Part shown: positions 30,606 through 40,884 of the stretch, one piece after another
Numbering within the stretch: the first letter of the stretch is position 1
Layout: every line of letters starts with the position of its first letter
NCBI GenBank assembly: GCA_016794545.1
Contig: JAEUJX010000275.1
Coordinates: 571 to 64,570, forward strand
Direction: 5' to 3'
DNA length: 64,000 nucleotides
DNA from: Myxococcales bacterium
Lineage (GTDB): Bacteria; Myxococcota_A; Polyangia; Haliangiales; Haliangiaceae
The notes under the pieces: model-generated
The model's input: the letters and a program-made list of their open reading frames with translations, nothing else
The model's database searches: none
Told to the model about the DNA's origin: nothing
Translations under genes and position numbers: made by a program

Positions 30606-32336
30606 GTGGCGGGGCGAGCCTCGATCGTTGGCGCTGCCGTGACGCACGTGGGGAACGTGCGCGAGCACAACGAGGATGCGTTCTTCTTCGACCAGGACCT
30701 GGGGCTGTTCCTGGTGTGCGACGGAATGGGCGGGCACGCGGCGGGGGAGGTCGCCAGCGCGATCGCGATCAAGACGATCCGCGAGCGGTGGTCGCACTCG
30801 GACACCGCCGAGGTCGCGGACGTGTGGCTGGATCGCGGCACCGCGATCGCGAAGAAGCAGCTCATCGCGTCGCTGCGCGAGGGCGTGATCGCCGCGCACA
30901 ACGCGATCCTCGCCGAGGGCGTGCGCGACCCGACCAAGCAGGGCATGGGGACCACGCTCGTCGGCGCGATCGTGGTGGGCAACGAGCTGGTGTTCGCGCA
31001 CTGCGGGGACTCGCGCGCGTACATCGTGCGCGACGGCATCGCGATGCAGCTGACCGAGGACCACACGCTGCTCCAGCGGCTGCTCGCCGCCGGCATCGAC
31101 GTCGACGTGACGGGTGACGGCGCGCGGTTCCGGAGCATGTTGACCAACGCGCTCGGGATCGGGACCGAGTGCAAGGTCTCGACGTTCGTCGTGCCGCTCG
31201 CCGATGGCGACCGGTTCATGCTGTGCAGCGACGGCATCAGCGAGTACGTGCCGGAGAACGAGGTCGGCGAGGTGCTGGTGAAGCAGCCCAGCCCGGCGCG
31301 CGCCGCCCAGAAGCTCGTCGACCTCGCGCTCGAGCGCGGCGGCGGCGACAACGCGACCGCGATCGTGGTGCGCGTGCTCGAGGCCGGCGAGACCCCCGTG
31401 CCGGCGGAGCAGCGCCGCCGCGATGACCTGTCGATCAGCCTGTGCGAGATCTGGAGCGAGAAGGTCACGCCGCAGCAGCGGCTGCGTGCGCTGCGCATCG
31501 CGATCCCGCGCGATCACGCGCCCGGCGAGGTACTGCCCGCGCACACGCTCGGCGATCGCGTCGCGTGGATCGTCGTCGAGGGCGAGGTCCAGTACGAGGG
31601 AGAGCCGTGCGGGCCCGGCGCGTTCCTCTATCCCGAGTCGCTGATCGGCGGCAGCAAGATCCCCGACAAGGAGGGGCTCGCGGTCGCGAAGACCGAGGTG
31701 CGCGGCGTCGCGATCAGGAGCGACGACTTCCGCGAGCTGTGCGAGGACGACAGCGAGCTCGGCGAGGCGCTGCTCGACCGCCTCGGACAGATCATCGCGG
31801 CGAAGAAGCCGCGCTCGGTGCGACCCACGCTCGAGGTCGATCCGCACGGCAAGACGATCGCGCAGGCGCCGACCGATCCGACCATGCAGGCGCTCGGCAA
31901 CGCGACGACCGATCCGAACATGAAGGTCGTCTCGGCAGCGGCATCGGATCCGAGCCTATCGACGAGCGCGATCGGGCGCGCCGCGACGCTGCCGCCCCCG
32001 GTCGCCGTGCCGTCGTCGCGGACCGTCGAGACCGTGGTCTCGCTCGGGCGCGCCGCGACCCCGCCCGTGGGTGTCCCGACCACGTTCCCGCGGGCGCCCA
32101 GCGAGCCCGAGATCGTCATCGAGATGCAGGCCGACGAGCCCGATGACGGCGTGCCATCGGCGGCCGAGGACGAGCCCGTGATCACGATGACACGCGGCGA
32201 GGAGCCGGAGCCTCCGCGGGCGCCCGAGCCGCCGCGTGCTCCGCCCGAGCCGCCGCCGCCGATCCGTGCGGCGACGAGCGAGCCGATCAAGCCCCTCGCG
32301 CGCTCCAAGCGCGCGAGCGAGGGTTGGGACGACTGA
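30606..32336 (+). CDS. PP2C-family Ser/Thr phosphatase fused to a cNMP-binding-like domain and Pro-rich tail
   Basis: PP2C motifs are present (REHNEDAF, VCDGMGGHAAGEVAS, GTTLVG, CSDGI, GGGDNATAIVV). A beta-roll-like segment follows (VAWIVVEGEVQYEGEPCGPGAFLYPESLIGG), then PEPPRAPEPPRAPPEPPPP. Confidence 0.75.
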   Translation: MAGRASIVGAAVTHVGNVREHNEDAFFFDQDLGLFLVCDGMGGHAAGEVASAIAIKTIRERWSHSDTAEVADVWLDRGTAIAKKQLIASLREGVIAAHNAILAEGVRDPTKQGMGTTLVGAIVVGNELVFAHCGDSRAYIVRDGIAMQLTEDHTLLQRLLAAGIDVDVTGDGARFRSMLTNALGIGTECKVSTFVVPLADGDRFMLCSDGISEYVPENEVGEVLVKQPSPARAAQKLVDLALERGGGDNATAIVVRVLEAGETPVPAEQRRRDDLSISLCEIWSEKVTPQQRLRALRIAIPRDHAPGEVLPAHTLGDRVAWIVVEGEVQYEGEPCGPGAFLYPESLIGGSKIPDKEGLAVAKTEVRGVAIRSDDFRELCEDDSELGEALLDRLGQIIAAKKPRSVRPTLEVDPHGKTIAQAPTDPTMQALGNATTDPNMKVVSAAASDPSLSTSAIGRAATLPPPVAVPSSRTVETVVSLGRAATPPVGVPTTFPRAPSEPEIVIEMQADEPDDGVPSAAEDEPVITMTRGEEPEPPRAPEPPRAPPEPPPPIRAATSEPIKPLARSKRASEGWDD

Positions 32337-32354
32337 GATACCGACTGACGCGAC

Positions 32355-33164
32355 TCAGCGCTGGTAGTCGAGCAGGTCCATCGAGATGTCCCCGAGCTCG
32401 GTCGCCGCGGTGACCTTCAGCGGGACCCGGTCGGCGTCGTCGGACAGCCAGACCTTGAACGTGCGGGCCGGCTTCGTGCCGTCGATCGTCATGTCGTTGC
32501 GCGCGCGGTACGACTTGCCGTCGAACACGACCGCGCGGCGATTGCCGAGCGCGGAGCCGATGCTCTCCTCGCCTGCGTAGGTCAGATCGATCCGCCACAG
32601 CCGGCGGCCGCCGACCACGTACACGGTGCGCGTCTCGCCCTTCTTGCCCTTCCAGCCGCGCAGCTGCGCCATCGCGGTGTGCGCGTCGTGAACGGGCGCG
32701 CCGCGGAAGTCGAGCGTGACCGCCTTGGCGATCGGATCACCGGTGCGCTGGTACTTCACGACCGCCGTCGAGCCCTTGAACGTCGCGGTCGCCGAGATCT
32801 GCTTGTCGCCGTGGATGACGAGGGTCTCGAGCGTGAGCGGGCGGCCGGACTCCAGGTCGATCGTCGTCGTCGCGTCGTCGGAGATCTTCTTGATCAGCGC
32901 GGCCGCGCCGGCGGTCGCGGCGTGCGAGCGCACGACGATCGCCTTCTTGCCGTCGACCTCGCCGATCTCGCCGACTGCGAGCTGCGCCTCGCCGGCGAGC
33001 ACGCCGGCGAGCCGCACCTCGAACGCCATGGCCTCGCCGGGGTTGAGCCCGAGCTCGTGGCGCGTCGGCGGGGCCGCGGCGGGCCCCGCGGAGGTGCCGG
33101 TCATCGCCTCGGCGCCCGCGCAGCCGGCGGCGGCAGCGAGCACGAGCGTGGCGAGGAGGCGCAT
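32355..33164 (-). CDS. DUF3108-like lipoprotein
   Basis: ATG at 33164 gives MRLLATLVLAAAAGC. The body is beta-rich and shows the DUF3108-type pattern (F.V...G..AGEA.L.V). Assigned by resemblance. Confidence 0.55.
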   Translation of the reverse strand: MRLLATLVLAAAAGCAGAEAMTGTSAGPAAAPPTRHELGLNPGEAMAFEVRLAGVLAGEAQLAVGEIGEVDGKKAIVVRSHAATAGAAALIKKISDDATTTIDLESGRPLTLETLVIHGDKQISATATFKGSTAVVKYQRTGDPIAKAVTLDFRGAPVHDAHTAMAQLRGWKGKKGETRTVYVVGGRRLWRIDLTYAGEESIGSALGNRRAVVFDGKSYRARNDMTIDGTKPARTFKVWLSDDADRVPLKVTAATELGDISMDLLDYQR

Positions 33165-33346
33165 TCCTATTGGATGAACGACTCCGCCCGCCGTGGCAAG
33201 CACTCGTGCTGGCCCCCGTGGGAGGAGTCACGACATCCGAATAACGGAGGTGCTGGCTCGTCGAATGCCTGCCGCCTCGCGGGCTCGGCGAACGTTCTCG
33301 CCTCGCGGGCTCGGCGAACCCCCGGCGCGAACGGTACGCTGGCGTC

Positions 33347-34291
33347 GTGCTCGCCCTGACGTTAGGTGACCCGGCCGGTATCGGTCCCGAGATCGTCGCC
33401 GCTGCGCTCGCCGCGGCGCCCGGCTCGCTGCTGGGACAGCTCGTGGTGTTCGGCGACCGTGGCCCGCTCGAGCGCGGTGCCCGCGCGATGGGGGTCGCGC
33501 TCCCGCACGGCCTCGACATCCGCGGCGAGGGCACCGGCGAGGCCGCGATCGCCGGCGACCCCGACGAGCGCTCGGGCGCCGCGCAGGTCGGCTACCTGGA
33601 GGCCGCCGTCGCCGCCGCGGCGCGCAAGGAGGTCGACGGCATCGTCACCGCGCCGATCTCGAAGACCTGGGCGAAGCGCGCCGGCTTCGCGTTCCCCGGC
33701 CATACCGAGATGCTCGCCGAGCGCCTCGGCGCGAAGCACGTCGTCATGCTGTTCGCCGGCCCGCGGCTCAAGGTCGCGCTCGCGACGGTGCACGTGCCGC
33801 TCGCGCAGGTCGCGCGGACGCTGACCACGGCCTCGCTGCGCGCGACGATCGAGCTGGTGGCGGAGTCGATGGGCCGTGACTTCGGCATCGCCGCGCCGCG
33901 GATCGGCGTCGTGGGGCTCAACCCGCACGCGGGCGAGGGCGGCCTGCTCGGCGAGGAGGACCTCGCGATCATCGCCCCGGCGCTCGCCCCGCTGCCGCCG
34001 GCGGTGCTGCGCGGCCCGCTCGTCCCCGACGCGGCGTTCCGCGACGCCGCGCAGGGCGCGTACGACGTGCTCGTCGCGCAGTACCACGACCAGGGCTTGA
34101 TCCCGGTCAAGCTCGTCGACTTCGACGAGGCGGTGAACACGACGCTCGGCCTGCCGATCGTCCGCACGTCACCGGATCACGGCACCGCCTACGACATCGC
34201 CGGCAAGGGCGTCGCGCGCTTCGTCTCGATGCAGCGCTCGCTCGAGCTCGCGGCGCAGATGGTCGTGCGCCGCGCGGCGGCTCAGCGATAG
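33347..34291 (+). CDS. pdxA: 4-hydroxythreonine-4-phosphate dehydrogenase
   Basis: PdxA motifs are present: GDPAGIGPEI, TAPISK, PGHTEMLA, LNPHAGEGG, YHDQGLIP, RTSPDHGTA. Confidence 0.9.
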   Translation: MLALTLGDPAGIGPEIVAAALAAAPGSLLGQLVVFGDRGPLERGARAMGVALPHGLDIRGEGTGEAAIAGDPDERSGAAQVGYLEAAVAAAARKEVDGIVTAPISKTWAKRAGFAFPGHTEMLAERLGAKHVVMLFAGPRLKVALATVHVPLAQVARTLTTASLRATIELVAESMGRDFGIAAPRIGVVGLNPHAGEGGLLGEEDLAIIAPALAPLPPAVLRGPLVPDAAFRDAAQGAYDVLVAQYHDQGLIPVKLVDFDEAVNTTLGLPIVRTSPDHGTAYDIAGKGVARFVSMQRSLELAAQMVVRRAAAQR

Positions 34292-34601
34292 ATCTGCCCT
34301 GATCGCTCGATTCGTTCGCGATACCGGCCGGTGTCGTCGAGCAGGGTCGCGCGCCGCGCAGCCTCGAAGCGGGCGACGTCCGCGTCGATGTAGCCCGTGA
34401 TCGTCCCCTCGGCGATCGCGAGCTCGTCCTCGATCGCCTGCTCGCGCGCCGACGGCTCCCGCGCGCTCTGCACGAGCGCAGAGGCGTCGTGCTGGACGCG
34501 CGCGCAGCTCGGCTTCGGCGCGATCGCGAGGCACAACGCCACGAGGAAGCCCAGCGCGAGGCTCGCGAGGGTCCACGACCGTATCGAGACGTGCTCCAGC
34601 A

Positions 34602-34602
<1 letters not shown>
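34282..34602 (-). CDS. small membrane-anchored hypothetical protein (106 aa)
   Basis: ATG 34602 shares 1 nt with the crp-family stop (TGATG). It has one N-terminal TM segment (WTLASLALGFLVALCLAIA). No family is recognised. Confidence 0.45.
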
Positions 34603-35291
<689 letters not shown>

Positions 35292-35350
35292 GAGATAAGT
35301 GTAGCAGGGATCGCAAATCGTCGGCGCGCGTTGTCGGCATTACAAAGGCC

Positions 35351-37627
35351 TCACGGGATCGTGAGATCGGCGGGACCGGGCTCGGAAGCCGCCTGAATTC
35401 GCACCGTTGCGTCGCGCCAGGCCGGACTACGCGACATCCGATCCGCAAGCGGCGCCACGACGTGATCCTCGATCGTTCGGCGCAGCGGGCGCGCGCCGAG
35501 CTTCGGATCGTGGCCGAGGATCGCGAGGCGCGCGCGGGCCGCGGGCGACATCTCGAGCCGGAGGTTGCGCGCGACGAGGCCGGGCCGCGCCCGGAGCTTG
35601 TCGAGCTCGAGGTCGACGATGCGCTCGAGCGCAAAGGCCGGCAGCGGGCGGAATGCGAGGATCGAGTCGATGCGGCCGATCAGCTCGGGCCGGAAGAACG
35701 CGCGGATCGCGGCGCCGTGATCGACCGACGGCTCCTGCGACGCGAAGCCGGCGGGCTTCGGATCCGCGGCGCCGAGGTTCGTGGTCATGACGATGAGCGA
35801 CATGCGGAAGTCGACGAGTCGGCCGAGCGCGTCGGTGAGGCGGCCGTCGCCGACGATGCCGAGCAGCAGATCGAACGCGGCGGCATCCGCCTTCTCGATC
35901 TCGTCGAACAGCACGACCGACAGCGGCTGGCGGCGGATCCGATCGGCGAGCGACGTCCCCGACGGAGACGGCGTGATGAGGCGCGCGATCGCGGCGCCGG
36001 TGACGAGCTCGCTCATGTCGACGCGCACGAGGCGCTCGGCATCGCCGAACAGATAACGCGCGAGCTGCTTCGCGAGCTCGGTCTTGCCGACGCCGGTCGG
36101 GCCCGCGAACAGCAGCGTGCCGACGGGGCGCTGCGGATCGTCGAGGCCGGCCTTGAGCCGCGCGATCACGCGCGCCGCGACCTCGCACGCGTGGTCCTGA
36201 CCGACGACGCCCTTCGCGAGCGCGGCCGCGATCGCCTTCGTATCGAGCGCCCGCTCCGGCGACAGCAGGTCGACGGGGAGGCCGGACCACGCGCCGAACG
36301 CCTCGGTGACCTCGCCGAGCGAGAGCGGCTCCTTCTTCGCCGGCCGCGTCGCGAGGTAGTCCATGAACGCGAGCGCCTTGCCGGGAAACGCGGTGTCGCG
36401 CCGGAACGCGGCGAGGAGCTCGACCAGACGGCGCGAGGCGTCGTGCGTGACCGCGACGGGCGGGGAGAGGCGCTGGCCATACGGCTCGAGGAGCGCGATG
36501 GTCTGCGCGGACGTCGCCTCCGGCATCCGCACGACGCGCATCGCGTCGACGAGCGCGGGCGCCTTCTGGCGCGCCCTCACGAGCTCGGCCTCGTCGCACT
36601 CGGCGATCAGCGTGAGCTCGTCGGCGATCACGCCGGGCGCGAGCAGGTCCGCGATGGACGCTCCGTCGGCCGCGGGCGTCAGGATGTCGGCGAGGCGATC
36701 GACGTAGAGCAGGTCGGAGGAGTCGCTCATCTCGCCGGCGATCGCGAGACAGCGCTGCTGCCACATGCCGAGGTAGACCATGCCCGCGACGATCCGATCC
36801 GCGCTCGTCGCCCACAGCCGCGCCCGGACGCCGCCGCCGCGCCCGCGCTCGAGCAGCCCGCGCGCGAGGCGGCGCACGAACGCGGTCTTGCCGCTGCCGC
36901 GCGGCCCGACGAGCAGCAGGCTCGGCAGCTTCGGATCCTCGAGGAGCTTCGCGTGCGCGTCGAACACCGGATCGACGCCGACGGTGGCGCGCAGCCGTCC
37001 CGCACGCGCGAGGCCGACCCAGTCCTCGGCGACCTCCTCGAGCGTCGGCTTCGGATCGTCGGCGTCGTCGTTCTCGTTCTTCTGCTTGCCCGCGGCCTCG
37101 ATCGGGCTCCACTCGACGATCTCCTCGTCGACCTCTCGCCGCACGTCGTAGAGCGCCGCGGTGGCGTCGCCGACGAGCGCGGCGAACACGAGCGAGCGGA
37201 TCGTGTCGGGCACCGCACCGAGGTCCTCGGTGACGAACGAGTAATCGAACCGCGGCACGAGCACGCGGTAGAGCGGGGCGCCCTCGAGCTTCGCCGCCGC
37301 ATAGCCGAGCCGGATCGGCACCGTGGATCTGGCGATCACGTAGCCGCGCGGATCGGGACGGCCGGGATGGATCTCGACGTCGATGCGCCGCAGCTCGAGC
37401 TGCTCGCTCCACAGGTAGCGATCCGCCGCGTCGTCCTCGACGAGCAGCGCCGCTTGCGGCGCGAGGCGCTGGAGCGCGGTCTCGAGATCCTCGGCCATCG
37501 CGGCGGGCGGCGGCGTGTCGAACATCACGCGATGGCGGCGCAGCAGCACCGCCGAGACGAGGCCGCCGTGGTGGCGCGTGACGAACACGCGGAAGCTCGG
37601 CCTGGCCGTCACGGCGTACGACTCCAC
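35351..37627 (-). CDS. ClpA-like double-AAA+ ATPase paralog 3 (novel N-domain, no C-extension)
   Basis: D1 has Walker A GPRGSGKT, degenerate Walker B LLYVDRLA and the FPGKALAF small-domain motif. D2 has GPTGVGKTELA, VVLFDEIEKA and GARPLRR. The likely real start is GTG 37612, forming a GTGA overlap with the upstream stop; the listed start at 37627 is also GTG. Confidence 0.8.
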   Translation of the reverse strand: MESYAVTARPSFRVFVTRHHGGLVSAVLLRRHRVMFDTPPPAAMAEDLETALQRLAPQAALLVEDDAADRYLWSEQLELRRIDVEIHPGRPDPRGYVIARSTVPIRLGYAAAKLEGAPLYRVLVPRFDYSFVTEDLGAVPDTIRSLVFAALVGDATAALYDVRREVDEEIVEWSPIEAAGKQKNENDDADDPKPTLEEVAEDWVGLARAGRLRATVGVDPVFDAHAKLLEDPKLPSLLLVGPRGSGKTAFVRRLARGLLERGRGGGVRARLWATSADRIVAGMVYLGMWQQRCLAIAGEMSDSSDLLYVDRLADILTPAADGASIADLLAPGVIADELTLIAECDEAELVRARQKAPALVDAMRVVRMPEATSAQTIALLEPYGQRLSPPVAVTHDASRRLVELLAAFRRDTAFPGKALAFMDYLATRPAKKEPLSLGEVTEAFGAWSGLPVDLLSPERALDTKAIAAALAKGVVGQDHACEVAARVIARLKAGLDDPQRPVGTLLFAGPTGVGKTELAKQLARYLFGDAERLVRVDMSELVTGAAIARLITPSPSGTSLADRIRRQPLSVVLFDEIEKADAAAFDLLLGIVGDGRLTDALGRLVDFRMSLIVMTTNLGAADPKPAGFASQEPSVDHGAAIRAFFRPELIGRIDSILAFRPLPAFALERIVDLELDKLRARPGLVARNLRLEMSPAARARLAILGHDPKLGARPLRRTIEDHVVAPLADRMSRSPAWRDATVRIQAASEPGPADLTIP

Positions 37628-40600
37628 GCGAGGTGCCAGGCGCGCCGGATCGCGTGCCGGAGGTCGCGCGCGGTCCCGTGGTCGACCCAGCCCGTCGAGA
37701 AGTCCTCGATCTCGACGCCGTACGACTCGCCGGGGCGCAGCGGCGGCCGGTACGTCAGCGTACGCGTCACGGGCAGAAGGACGTCGGGGTTCGGCGGCAG
37801 CGCGCCGCCGTGCTCGAGCACGCGCTCGAGCTCCCTGCGCCCGGAGGCCCGCGCGCGCAGCACCTGTTCGCCGGTCAGCGGTGCGCCGCCGGTGATCTCG
37901 ACGCGCACCACGTCCGGCTCCGCGGCGGCGGCGCGCACCATCCAGGTGCCGTGCTCGCCCTCGAGCGCGGCGCGCACGAACAGGCCGCGCAGCACGAACG
38001 CCGCGTCGCGGCGGGTCGGGGCGAGGCGCTCGAAGTCATAGGTCGCGGGCAGCGCGATCGGCTTCCCCTCCGTCGCGATCCAGACGTGATCGTCGAGCCA
38101 TCCGGGCAGCGCGAGCGCGTGCACCACGATCCCGAGCCCGCCGGCGTCCGCGGTCTGCCCGACCCGCGACACGCTGACCGTCACCGCGTGCGCGTCGGGA
38201 TCGAGCAGCTCCGGCAGCGCGCGCTCGATCAGGAGCGCCTCCGCGATGCCGGCGAGCAGCGTGTCCCGGCTCGCGGTCGGGCGGGTCGGCTTCGCGTGGC
38301 GCCGCAGCCGCAAGCCGTCGTCGTCGTGTTCGTCGTCATCGGCCCCGGGGCGGCGCGAGGCGCGGACGCCCAGCAACTCGCCGAGCGCGGCGACGCGCTG
38401 CTCGAGCTCGTCGACGTAGTAGCGCAGCTCTCCGGTCGCGTCCGCCTTCGCGCGCGCGAGGATCGCGGACTCCCGCACGCGCGCGAGCGCCGCACCCGCC
38501 ACCGCGATCGGCGGCTCGAGGGCGGCCGTCGCGAGGTCGAGCGCGCCCGCGAGGACGTACGTGCCGGGCAGGGGCGCGCGCTCGAGCAGCGGCTCGAGCG
38601 ATGCCTGGATCTGCCCGGCGTCCTCGGCGAGGCGGATGATCCGCAGGCGCGCGGGCGCCGCCGTCGCGAGCAGGTCGGTGAGCGCGCCGCCGATCCTGTC
38701 CTCGAGCCAGCGCTTCACCGTGCGCGCGCCATAGCGCGGATCGAACGCGTCGGCGACCGCGCGCCGCCGCACCGCCGCGCCGGCGTACACGAACGTGTTG
38801 CGCTCGCGCAGGCCGCGCCGGGACAGGAGCTTCGCCAGCTCCTTGTCGACGACCTTCGCCGCGACCTCCGGCGTCAGCGGCTCGAACGGAACGACCTGGT
38901 CGATGCGGTTGAACAGCTCGATCGGGAAGAACTCGCGCACGGCCTTCGCGACGTCGGCGAGGATCCGGTCGCGCACGTCGCCGAAGCCGATCGGCGCCGC
39001 GTTCTTGCTGCCGAGGTTCGACGTCATGATCACGACGGCGCTCGCGAAGCTCGCCACCTCGCCGTTCGCATCGGTCAGCCGGCCCTCGTCGAACAGCTGG
39101 AGCAGCAGGTGCAGGGCCTGCGGGTGCGCCTTCTCGATCTCGTCGAGCAGCACGACGCAGAACGGCTGGGCCCGGACGCGCGACGTGAGCAGGCCCTCGG
39201 GGTTCCAGCGGTCGCCGATCAGGCGCGCGACGGCATCGGGGCCCGACAGCTCGCCCATGTCGAGGCGCAGCAGGCGCTCGCCGCCGCCGTACAGGTACTC
39301 GGCGATCGCGGTCGCGAGCTCGGTCTTGCCCGTGCCGGTGGGCCCGGTGAACAGCATCACGTTGACCGGCCGGTGTGGGTCGGCGAGGCCGGAGCGCACG
39401 CGCAGGATCACGTCGGTCGCGGCGCGCACCGCGGCGGGCTGGCCGATGACGCGCGTCGCGAACGACGCCTCGACCTCCGCGGGATCGAGCGGCTCGTCGA
39501 GCGAGAGCAGCGCCGGCGAGAGTCCGGTCGTGCGCGCGAGATGGTCGAGCACGTCGTTCGGGCCGACCTCCCCGCCGTGCTTGATCTCGGCGACGCGCCG
39601 CACGATCTCGATCGCGACGCCGGGCCGCGCGCGCCACGGGAACAGGGCGGCACCGAGCTCGAGCGCGGTGCGCGGCGCGAACGGGTGGAGCGCGACCTTC
39701 TGCGTGATCTCGAGGCCGCGGATCTCGTGGAGCAGCAGGCTCGCGGTCTCGGCCGGCGACGCCGCGGGCACCACGACCGGCGCGAGCGCTTCCGCGAGAC
39801 CGGGCGCGTCGCGCTCCAGCCGCGCGTGCTGCTCCGGCGTCAGCTCGGCGATCACCGCGAGGTCGCCGCGCCGCACGGGCCCGCGGAAGAAGTCGGCGAA
39901 GCTGCGCTCGCTCTGGCGTGACTGGCCGAGCCGCCCGAACAGGTGGAGGTCCTCGATCCACAGGATCCCCTTGTGCTTGCGCGCGTCGTCGAGGACGGCC
40001 AGGCAGCGCTCCTCCCACTGGCCGAGGTAGCTCATGCCCGCGATCAGCCGCTTGCCGGTGAGCCGCCACACGTGGTGGCACTTGTCGAGGTTCCTGTGGA
40101 TCGGGAAGCCGTCCTCGACGAGCCGGTCGTGCACCCACTGCCGGATCAGCGACGTCTTGCCGGAGCCCGGGGGGCCGATCACGGCGACCGAGCGCGGGCG
40201 CGCCCCCGACAGCAGGTACGACAGCCGCTCGCGGTACGGCGACCGCGGCACGCCGAGCTTGATGCTGCCGGCCGACAGCCAGCGCGTCTCGTCGACGCCG
40301 AGCTGTTGCAGGACGTTCTCCGGCCGCGGCGGGGCGGCGCCGGCGCGCGGATCCTTCTTGCGCGACGGCAGCATGTCGAGCAGCGAGTGCGCCTCGGTCG
40401 AGAACGCGATCGGGATCAGCCGGTCCTTGCCGTCGGACAGCAGCTCCTCCACGTCCTCGTCGTCGAAGTCGGCCCACGCCTGCTGCAGCACCTTCGGCGC
40501 GAGCTCCATCACGTCCTCGTGCGTGTCGGCGACCAGCCACGCGCGCGTGCTGTACGGGTGATACGCGACGAGCTTCTGGGTGTGCTCGCTGACCCAGCGC

Positions 40601-40884
40601 GGCTCGACGATCATCGGTGCCGCGCCGTGGATCCGGCCGGTGTCGGTCTTGTAGTCGATCGGCACGCGCAGCAGCTCCGTGCCGACCGGCAGCTGGAACA
40701 GCTCGTGCGTGAGCGGCGGCGCGGTGCGCAGCACGACGCGCAGCCGATCGATCATCCGCTCGCGCAGCCGCACCTCGCCCTGGCCCGACACCGCTGCCGG
40801 ATACGCCGCGGGCGTGAGCGCTTTCCAGTGCTCCTCGCCGTCGCCGCGCGACAGGTACACGCCGACCGTCAGATCGATCCTCAC
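37609..40884 (-). CDS. ClpA-like double-AAA+ ATPase paralog 2 (novel N-domain, ~380-aa C-extension)
   Basis: Start at GTG 40884 overlaps the upstream TGA (GTGA); the product is 1091 aa. D1 has GPPGSGKT and an inverted Walker B, ILWIEDLH. D2 has GPTGTGKTELA, VVLLDEIEKAH, a PIGFGD loop and GARTVKR. Confidence 0.8.
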   Translation of the reverse strand: MRIDLTVGVYLSRGDGEEHWKALTPAAYPAAVSGQGEVRLRERMIDRLRVVLRTAPPLTHELFQLPVGTELLRVPIDYKTDTGRIHGAAPMIVEPRWVSEHTQKLVAYHPYSTRAWLVADTHEDVMELAPKVLQQAWADFDDEDVEELLSDGKDRLIPIAFSTEAHSLLDMLPSRKKDPRAGAAPPRPENVLQQLGVDETRWLSAGSIKLGVPRSPYRERLSYLLSGARPRSVAVIGPPGSGKTSLIRQWVHDRLVEDGFPIHRNLDKCHHVWRLTGKRLIAGMSYLGQWEERCLAVLDDARKHKGILWIEDLHLFGRLGQSRQSERSFADFFRGPVRRGDLAVIAELTPEQHARLERDAPGLAEALAPVVVPAASPAETASLLLHEIRGLEITQKVALHPFAPRTALELGAALFPWRARPGVAIEIVRRVAEIKHGGEVGPNDVLDHLARTTGLSPALLSLDEPLDPAEVEASFATRVIGQPAAVRAATDVILRVRSGLADPHRPVNVMLFTGPTGTGKTELATAIAEYLYGGGERLLRLDMGELSGPDAVARLIGDRWNPEGLLTSRVRAQPFCVVLLDEIEKAHPQALHLLLQLFDEGRLTDANGEVASFASAVVIMTSNLGSKNAAPIGFGDVRDRILADVAKAVREFFPIELFNRIDQVVPFEPLTPEVAAKVVDKELAKLLSRRGLRERNTFVYAGAAVRRRAVADAFDPRYGARTVKRWLEDRIGGALTDLLATAAPARLRIIRLAEDAGQIQASLEPLLERAPLPGTYVLAGALDLATAALEPPIAVAGAALARVRESAILARAKADATGELRYYVDELEQRVAALGELLGVRASRRPGADDDEHDDDGLRLRRHAKPTRPTASRDTLLAGIAEALLIERALPELLDPDAHAVTVSVSRVGQTADAGGLGIVVHALALPGWLDDHVWIATEGKPIALPATYDFERLAPTRRDAAFVLRGLFVRAALEGEHGTWMVRAAAAEPDVVRVEITGGAPLTGEQVLRARASGRRELERVLEHGGALPPNPDVLLPVTRTLTYRPPLRPGESYGVEIEDFSTGWVDHGTARDLRHAIRRAWHLAWSRTP